From Octopus bimaculoides (Eukaryota): 44,724 nucleotides of DNA. Where the stretch lies: contig NC_068984.1 of assembly GCF_001194135.2 (NCBI RefSeq), positions 44,932,341 to 44,977,064 of the forward strand, in the 5' to 3' direction. Within the stretch, counting starts at the first letter, position 1, and each line of letters starts with the position of its first letter. Below, piece after piece: positions 36,690 through 44,724 of the stretch. The notes below the pieces were generated by a model. It did not search any database, was not told the origin of the DNA, and saw only the letters and a program-made list of their open reading frames with translations. The translations under genes were made by a program, and so were the position numbers.

Positions 36690-38560
36690 CCTGTTATAAG
36701 AGGAGAGTTCTGAATACCATATTTTTGTACGACTAATCCAATATTCGTAGGTCTATATTTGTTCACAGCACCTTCGTGTGATATATTTTCGTTAATGCCG
36801 ACCTAGGTATCTATAGCATTCTTTGTGTGGAACAGGGGAGACAAAGAGATCGTTGAAGTACAGGTGCTAGGTTTAGGGAGCTGATTTTCTACTTTCAACA
36901 GAAAATACAGATACATCATTTTGCCAAATTCCATTCCAATGTCAGCTGATACCGTTGTTAATCGCGCCAGCTGTTTTTTTGGAATCGTAAGCATTATTAG
37001 CATACATCTTAAGGTCACTCACAAAAATTATGGGTTATTATCTCTGACAGTTGTAGGCCCTCACGTGTCACCATTGAATGTTTGTAAAAGAAACAATAAC
37101 GGATTTAGTGCCAAAATAAACGTGGCTGTGTGGTAAGAAGCTTACTTCCCAATCATGCGGTTTCGGGTTCAGTCCCACTGCCTGACACTTTTGGCAAAGA
37201 CTTCTACTTTAGCCTCGGGCCAACCAAAGTCGTGCATGTGTGTATGTATGTATGTAAGTGGTTTTGGTAGACGGAAACACTCTTTCTCTCTGTGTTTGCG
37301 TGTGTCCAACACCACCGGTTGACAACCAGTGTCGTTTTGTTTAAATCCCAGTAACTCAGCGGTTTGGAAAGATACCGATAAAATAAGTACCAAACTTTTA
37401 AAAAATAAGTACTGGGATCGATTCATTCAAGTAAAAAGTGTTCACGGTGGTGCCCCAGCATAGCTGCGGTCTAATGACTGAAACAAGTGAAAAAAAAAAA
37501 GAAGTACAGAAAGACTATCTCATTGCAATGGTCCCCTTGAAATATTTATAACATCGGATATGATCTTTCCGCTTTTGGTAGTTAGTGAGAGGATTGCTTA
37601 TAAGTTTCTCAATAATAGCGGCTAAGATAGCAGGCACTTTTGGTAATTGTAAAGACTTCAACAACCATGTGTGGAGAGTAGAGTCGTATATTTTCCTACA
37701 ATCAAGCCATTCAGTTACAAGGTTCTTTCGATGTTTTCTTACTTCGGACAGCACAACTTTGTTTATCAAAGGTTTTCGGCATATCCCTACACTCCCGTTT
37801 TTCCACCTACCTACTTATCTGGCACTACGTTGTTTGATTCACGATGGTCTTGGAAGATTTGCTGGAGACACCGTGTGTAAAGCTTGTACAAAATGTTTAA
37901 GCAAGTAACGGGCCTATAATTTTCGGCCATCTCAGTCGTTTCATTCTTGGCTACGCCAACTTGGTATAGTTATCAGGCTTTCCAAAGTTCTTTTGAATTT
38001 ACTTGTTAATAGCCTTTTGGTGAAGGCCAGCTTCTTGTACCAATATTCACCTATTAGTTTTCTCCAAGATGCCTTCCTGTTATATAGTTCGCCTACAGCC
38101 ACGAAGAACGTTTCACGGTCAATTGCATTTGTCTTACTACTCATATTGGCGCACTATTCTTTCCCAGTTGTATTTATCCACGATGCTTTCTGATCTCTTT
38201 TTCGTTCCAAATTATAAACCGAAATTATTCAAGATTTTTCTGAGAAGAGGCTTTTTAACGATAACATTTCTCCCCACATCTCGTGGTATAATGTCTGTGA
38301 AGTGAAAACAAACTTGTGATTTATACGCGCTCGCACAAAATTTTTCTGCGAAAACGAAGTTTTTCGATCAGCTGAAAAGTGGTTAAACAACCAGTTTGGC
38401 GATGCAGATTGTTGCTGTTTTCTTCAAGTTTTGTTTTCCATGTGGGTTGCTTCCGTTAAGAAATGTCATTATCACGTTCACTGCAGGTTTCTCCTAGGTG
38501 TTTTTTGAAAGTAATAGCAGTAGTGTATAGAATAGTATAAATTTTACCGTAATTAACACC
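36690..38560 (-). mobile_element. R4/Dong-like non-LTR retrotransposon RT relic
   Basis: YWYKKL...IPSW, NYRPVTCLNILYKLYT, LINKVVLSEVRKHRKNLVTEWLDCRKIYDSTLHTWL, DSLSVLL|FILALNPL (split by a SINE), TVSADIGMEFG and VGINENIS. Confidence 0.8.
37121..37500 (+). mobile_element. Family B SINE, near full length, nested in the R4-like LINE
   Basis: cgtggctgtgtggtaagaagcttacttcccaatc...gggttcagtcccactgc...ggtgccccagcatagctgcggtctaatgactgaaacaagtg(A)n. Confidence 0.9.
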
Positions 38561-38754
38561 ATGTGATTCCATGAGCTCTCCAGTATCATCGATAATTTTC
38601 AACAGACACGAAGTTGGTTTTTTCCTTTAATCTCATTAAGAAAGACTTGTCGTTCAACGACAACTTAGAAAACTATATAGATATATTTATGCATGTCGGT
38701 CCGTAGTTTGGCTAGGCAGACAGGCATGTGAATTGGAAGATAATTAGGTAGTTA

Positions 38755-38900
38755 GGTAGGGAGAAATAATCAGACTTGTATACGAGCAAGCAGTAAAACC
38801 ACTACAGAAGGAAAACTCCCAAATCAAATCCCTACTATTACAAGAAACAAAGGAGTGTTTTTTTTTTTTTACATAAAACCTGCGATTGAAATAGTTTCCA
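38755..38900 (+). mobile_element. Possible Penelope-like element N-terminal ORF relic
   Basis: GEIIRLVYEQAVKPLQKENSQIKSLLLQETKECFFFLHKTCD*NSF loosely resembles PLE ORF N-termini (IR..YG......FL.KC..N); weak. Confidence 0.25.
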
Positions 38901-39064
38901 TTCGTTTTGTTCATGTCTGACACTGGAAATTTTACTGTAAATACACTGAGTGCGGCATACAGATCACAATCGTGTATCAAACACAATTGTATATCACTGT
39001 ATTCGAGTGATATACAAATGATTCATCAATATTTGTTTTGTAGGATAAGATAGCTCTCATAAGG

Positions 39065-39442
39065 TTGTACGTATGTATGTACGTATGTATGTATGTATGT
39101 ATGTATGTATGCATGTATGCATGTATGCATATATGTATGTATACATGGCTCTCTGTATGTATGTATGTATGTATGTATGTATGAATAGATAGATAGTTAG
39201 ATAGATAGATAGATAGATGACCCACTGTATGTATGTATCGATGGCTGGCTGTATGTATGCATGCATGCATGTACATGTATGTATGTCTGAATGTACATGA
39301 TGTATGTCTACATGTGTAAATGTAAAGCATGTATGAATACAAAAATATATGTCAACATTCATGTATATATATTTATGCATGCATTTATGTATATGTATGT
39401 ATGAATGTATGCATTATGTATATGTATGTTTGAATGTATTGG

Positions 39443-39481
<39 letters not shown>

Positions 39482-39482
39482 C
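39065..39482. repeat. Compound (GTAT)n/(GATA)n/(GATT)n microsatellite block
   Basis: Direct inspection. Confidence 0.9.
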
Positions 39483-40042
39483 TCAGATTGGCAAAAAACA
39501 AAAATATATATTTTGTAAAGGAAGGACTCAGTCAATTGAATTCCATCCATCCAGGATATGACTATTGTTTAGTTTATCGATCTTGGTTGAAAGTAACAAA
39601 AATCAATGTCGGTGGGATTTAAACTTAAAGATAAAAATATTCAATAGGAGGGTGTGAGGTCTGATGTATACATTTGTCATATACATGTTAGACAATATTA
39701 TATATCCGGATCAAGGTGTCGGTCAGACGTCCTATTGGTTAGTTGTTACTCAATCATTACTCAGTTAGAGGAAATCATCTCGAACTATTGTCGTGAGCAG
39801 CCAACAAAAAAAACCCCCAAAAAACTGCCGATTGAACGAAGTTTAGGTTTACCGTATATAACTTTGTTTGCGTTGTGACAAGCTTAGCTCTTGTATAAGG
39901 ATGCAGGTGCGTGTCTATGTATCTGAGCAAACTTGTATACATATGTGCGCAAGCGCGTTTATGATACACGCACACACACATATATATATGTATGTATGTA
40001 TATGCACATATACACATATATCTCTATATACATGTATTTGTA

Positions 40043-40100
<58 letters not shown>

Positions 40101-40106
40101 AGTGTA

Positions 40107-40328
40107 TATCAGGAGGTGCTGAAAAGTTCCTGGCTTTAAGAGTATCGCGAAAGGCATGGTTGGTGGCCCAACATTCTGAGTTCTTTTACAAATGTTAGAA
40201 AAAATTGAAGGATCGCTGCAATAAGTGTGTTAATCTGAGAGGGGAATACGTTGAATAAAAACATAATTAACTAATCCTCCTGTATTTTCTTTTACACAAA
40301 GCCAGGAACTTTTCAGCACTCTTTCGTA
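40107..40328 (+). mobile_element. mariner-derived MITE, copy 3
   Basis: Colinear with the copies at 13704 and 33552. Confidence 0.85.
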
Positions 40329-40569
40329 TATATATCTATAGAAATGCACACACATATTCATATAATGCATATATTTCAATACATACATACATACATACAT
40401 ACATACATACATACAGACAGACAGACAGATGTAACACACTGCCTAAATACCAATCTTAAGAAATTAGGCTTTTCAAAAAAGGAGAAAGCTGATTCGAAGA
40501 CGGATTCGAATCCGTCACAGGAATTGTAAAAATCTGTAAAACTTTCCAGAAGCTGACCATTTAAGTATA

Positions 40570-41119
40570 CAGGGTTATTCAAAACGAATGAACCGATTTC
40601 ATTACGCAATATTTCAATAAGGAAAAGTAATAGAGAACTCCAGCTAAGTCACAAGTATTTACTCACAATCAACTTTTATTTCCTGTCTTACAAGTGTTCA
40701 ATGTGGCCACCGCCTGCAGCACGGGCAACATCAATGCGATAAGAGATTTGCTCCCAGACGCGTATCAGCATATCACGATCCACTGAGTACTTCTTTGGTT
40801 GTCTGGTTGAATGCTTCATCGAAGATTTTCTATTTCCCTTCTATGTCAATATCTTCTGAAATCGCCTCAAGCAAAGCAAATTTATTCATTAGTTCCATAA
40901 TGAACTTGCTTTTGATATGCTGATACTCGTCTGGGAGGAATTCTCTTATCGCATTGATGTTACACGGGCTGCAGGTAGTGGCCATATTCAACACATGTAA
41001 AACAGGAAATGAAAGTTGATTGTGAGTAAATACTTGGGACTTAGCTGGAGTTTTCTATTGCTTTTCGTTATTTAAATACTGCGTAATGAAATCGGTTCAT
41101 TCTTTTTTAATAAACCCTG
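40570..41119. mobile_element. Fold-back MITE with about 205-bp inverted arms (Tc1/mariner superfamily)
   Basis: TA|CAGGG...CCCTG|TA; arms 40570-40774 and 40914-41119 around a 139-bp spacer. Each arm encodes a transposase C-terminus (DMLIRVWEQISYRIDVARAAGGGHIEHL* and DMLILVWEEFSYRIDVTRAAGSGHIQHM*). Confidence 0.9.
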
Positions 41120-42182
41120 TATATGAGCACGTCTAGATATGCAACTATATGCACGAGAATACATACATAGAGCAATGCATACAAATCTGCACATATACAT
41201 ACATACATGCAAAAATACTCTGTTGATATTGAAATTCAAATGAAGGAGCTTTGGATTTAGGTTAGCAACCGGTTCTTTCTCTTTTGGCAAGAAATATTGA
41301 AATAAAACTAAATAATAATATACATATATCGAGTTGGTAATCGTAACTGACGAAGTAGAACGACGCAGAAACGCACGAGTTAATAAAATATGATTTTTCC
41401 TTCTAATGCAAAACTCGTTTGAGTTACAAGCACTAAAACTTGTTCAGTAAAACATTTTTTTATATATACCGTAAACTCTTTTTATACGAGATAAGTAATA
41501 TGTGATTTATCACTCTCTTTTTACCTTTTTTATATATGTGTGTGTATGTAAAACGTACCTGGTGAAAACATACAGTAATATTTTTAACAGTAAAACTATT
41601 ATATGAGAGCATTTATGTGGAAACATTTTAGTAGTTTTACTTTCAATATACTTAAATATATAATAAAAATATTTACTTACTATATTAAAAATGTATATAG
41701 GTATAAACATTTCTTTCTTGCGATTTTTCACACACACACATGGAAATATGTATGAATATAATTTACACCCTCTGTTTTTCCCGATTACTCAATTGAAACT
41801 TTTTGAAAAAATGTAAGTATGTGTGAAGCAAGCGTTGTCGGTCAAGAAGTAAGTTGCGGTAATCTGAAGACTACTTAGATTTCGTTTCATTCACTAAGTA
41901 AAGCTAAATTCTTTCAATTATATAAGAAATTAAGGAGCATGGCTAAGTGGTTAGGGGCTTAGTGGTTATGTGTTTCAGCCTACAAAAACAAACGCCTCTT
42001 TGAGACGAAGGTCTATATATAGGATAATGTAATCCAGTAAATGTGAATACATAAAATACGGTCATGCCTAGAACGCCTTCGTTCCTAGATCGTTTCTAGG
42101 TAAGCCGACCTGAAGCTAAATAACAACTACGGCACAACTCCTTCCATCAACATGCAGACGATAACTGCACCAAAGATGATTA

Positions 42183-42219
42183 GGCGCAGTCGTGGCCGTG
42201 TGTTAAGAAGCTAGCTTCC
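42183..42219 (+). mobile_element. Family B SINE head truncated at the LINE junction
   Basis: ggcgcagtcgtggccgtgtgttaagaagctagcttcc; homology stops where caaccac would follow. Confidence 0.65.
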
Positions 42220-42628
42220 GGTTTGGCGCAATTGCATCACTTCCGGTAAGGTCGAGTGTGGACGTATTCTGTTTGTTACCCGGTGAGAGTTTCTTGCTGT
42301 CATTATTGCCTTGCTGTTGCTGTACTTGTTGAATTTGCGGTTGAATTATCTGTTGGAAAGTGCTGGAAAATTCGTTGGACTTTGTACTCCCCGGTTTATC
42401 GGGGAGTAATTATTGAACTGTTACATGTTTTGGCTACTGAGGCATTTCTTGTAGCTGTGAAAATTTTTGTACAAACTGTTAATAGTCGTTTTTAGACTAT
42501 CCTTTGTGCCCCTCCCCCCAGTGGGGGCGGGATTTGAACCTTCTGTATCCTTGCGTAGAGGCGAACAATTCGTTTAAAATTTAATAATAATAATAATTTT
42601 GTATAGGTTTCCCATTTGTAAAGGGAAA

Positions 42629-43805
42629 ATGCCAATTGTTACCGGAAAACAGCCACTCATTGAGAGTCAGAAAGAGGAAAATAACATGACAAAAAAGTTT
42701 GCAGCGGTTGCCGAAGTGGCAACCGAAAACATTGAAATAAATACGGAAAAAATAGAACAACTTTTTAAAAGGGTGAAACAGGAGGGTGGTGATGTAAGAA
42801 TATCATCCTCCGCCGCTATAATTGATATCGAGAAGAGGTCAGTAACATTCAAAACATACTGTCCTAAGGACAAGAAGTTTAAACACTTCGAGAAGGACAC
42901 CATTGAGAAGTGCCTGTCCCCAATTTGGAGAGACATAGTGTATGNNNNNNNNNNNNNNNNNNNNNNNNNNNNNNNNNNNNNNNNNNNNNNNNNNNNNNNN
43001 NNNNNNNNNNNNNNNNNNNNNNNNNNNNNNNNNNNNNNNNNNNNNNNNNNNNNNNNNNNNNNNNNNNNNNNNNNNNNNNNNNNNNNNNNNNNNNNNNNNN
43101 NNNNNNNNNNNNNNNNNNNNNNNNNNNNNNNNNNNNNNNNNNNNNNNNNNNNNNNNNNNNNNNNNNNNNNNNNNNNNNNNNNNNNNNNNNNNNNNNNNNN
43201 NNNNNNNNNNNNNNNNNNNNNNNNNNNNNNNNNNNNNNNNNNNNNNNNNNNNNNNNNNNNNNNNNNNNNNNNNNNNNNNNNNNNNNNNNNNNNNNNNNNN
43301 NNNNNNNNNNNNNNNNNNNNNNNNNNNNNNNNNNNNNNNNNNNNNNNNNNNNNNNNNNNNNNNNNNNNNNNNNNNNNNNNNNNNNNNNNNNNNNNNNNNN
43401 NNNNNNNNNNNNNNNNNNNNNNNNNNNNNNNNNNNNNNNNNNNNNNNNNNNNNNNNNNNNNNNNNNNNNNNNNNNNNNNNNAATAAACCCACTCCCGCTG
43501 TCTTGGTGTCCAGTCCCAAACAAACTGAAAACATTACCCAGCCCCAACATACACAGGCCCCTACACTTCCAAAACCCACCACCCCTGTGAATATTGTGAC
43601 ACCACCTGAACAAAATACAACTCCCCCAGAAGACAGTATGGAGACAGAGGGGGGATTCATAACTGTGAAGAGAAAAAAAAAGAGAACACATGCACTATCC
43701 CCGCCCACATCCCCTACAAAAAAAAAGCAACGCAAACAACACAACACAGACACCCAAAAAAATCCCGCCCCACTGACCACGGAAAAAAAGAAAAAGAAGA
43801 AATAA
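42629..43805 (+). pseudogene. LINE ORF1 (gap in the middle, frameshifted near the end)
   Basis: MPIVTGKQPLIESQKEEN...WRDIVY [N gap] NKPTPAV...GFITVKRKKKR...KKKKK*. Coding-like sequence continues in other frames to about 44080. Frame continuity across the gap is unknown. Confidence 0.65.
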
Positions 43806-44072
43806 TTTTAATTGAATTTAGTGCGAAAGAACACTTATTAATTGAGGAGATATCAGAAGAACATACTGCTAGTATGTACAAACAACTAGAAGGCCACAGT
43901 GTGCCTTGATAGGGGAAAGAACTTACCTTAAACTGAAGGAAAGATACCCCAAAATTATCACACAGTTGCACAAGTTGCCGCCGTACCTACAGGAGGAGGA
44001 AAAAGGAAGGGCCGACGAACGTTTGGCGACATCGGCCCCAACTAAAAAGTAAGTGGAACCTTTCCTTTCCTC

Positions 44073-44724
44073 ATGACTTCGCTCAATATTGGTTGTTTAA
44101 ATGTGCGTGGTCTGAGTTCGAAGTGGAAGCAGGCATGTTTCCTCGACAACCTCAGATCACACGATATACATGTGATGGTTGCTACAGAGACCAAGCTGGA
44201 CAGTTTACGAGCCTTCTCGCCTCTCCTGAATGGCTATGAGAAAATCATGTCTCTTGGCTGACCGGGGGACGAGGGGGTGTAGTGGTACTGATCCGCAATG
44301 GCCTGGCTCTGCAGACAAGTACAGTCTATGTGGACCCTGAAGGTGGGCTGGTCGTACTTGATGTGACAAACAGCAGTAAGGCCTTCAGGCTGATCGGAAT
44401 CTACGCTCCATGCGCTAGAGGTTTCCAAACTGACTTTTTTCGGCGCCTAGAGGGCTTTCTCGTGACGTCGAAGACATTAGTAGTGTTAGGAGACTTCAAC
44501 GCTATTGTTGACGCTCGCATCGATAGCGTCGGCTCGATTGATAGAAAAGTGAACTCACGCCTCGTCGATCTGCTTAAGCGATTTCAACTGGCAGATCGTT
44601 ACACGCTTGAACATCCGAACGTGCCAGAGTGGACCTGGATGAGCGGCGACGGAAGGTTCAAGTCTTATCTAGATAGGATAGTAATAAGAATTATAGATAA
44701 GCCTAGTTTTACTTGTCCACAATT
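44073..44724 (+). pseudogene. LINE ORF2 apurinic-like endonuclease domain with one stop plus frameshift
   Basis: MTSLNIGCLNVRGL...ATETKL...; TGA at 44259-44261; then in the shifted frame GGVVVLIR...IGIYAP...VVLGDFNAIVD...LADRY...EWTWMS...SYLDRIVI, open to the window end. Confidence 0.9.

Larger units (their letters stand above)
42220..44724 (+). mobile_element. Tx1/L1-clade LINE, 5' UTR + ORF1 + start of ORF2, truncated by window end
   Basis: About 400-bp 5' UTR with cacttccggt, an ORF1 with a P/T-rich and basic C-terminal region, then an APE-type endonuclease ORF2. Confidence 0.85.

Overview
Eukaryotic, AT-rich, repeat-dense DNA with about 11 N-gaps, most next to simple repeats. The density of (AT)n/(GT)n/(ATAG)n/(ATAC)n/(AAT)n arrays and the tRNA-derived SINE families match what I recall of Octopus (coleoid cephalopod) genomes; the species call is inference. 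No intact host gene can be established. Most ORFs in the track are microsatellite or N-gap artefacts, and a few weakly supported candidate exons are listed. The interpretable sequence is a graveyard of mobile elements: three tRNA-headed SINE types (several with clear TSDs), mariner, maT-like, pogo and Tigger transposase relics, mariner-derived MITEs, a fold-back MITE made of two transposase 3' ends, LINE relics (RTE-like, jockey/I-like, Tx1/L1-like, R4/Dong-like, CR1/L2-like), a Helentron-type end and a probable solo LTR. A younger Tx1/L1-like LINE runs off the right edge. The most interesting signal is a set of minimal hammerhead-ribozyme (HHR) folds with palindromic stem III. The best-preserved one lies inside a tRNA-headed SINE-like unit bounded by a 14-bp target-site duplication. 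Family labels A and B below are my own working names, and family assignments come from motif recognition, not database searches.
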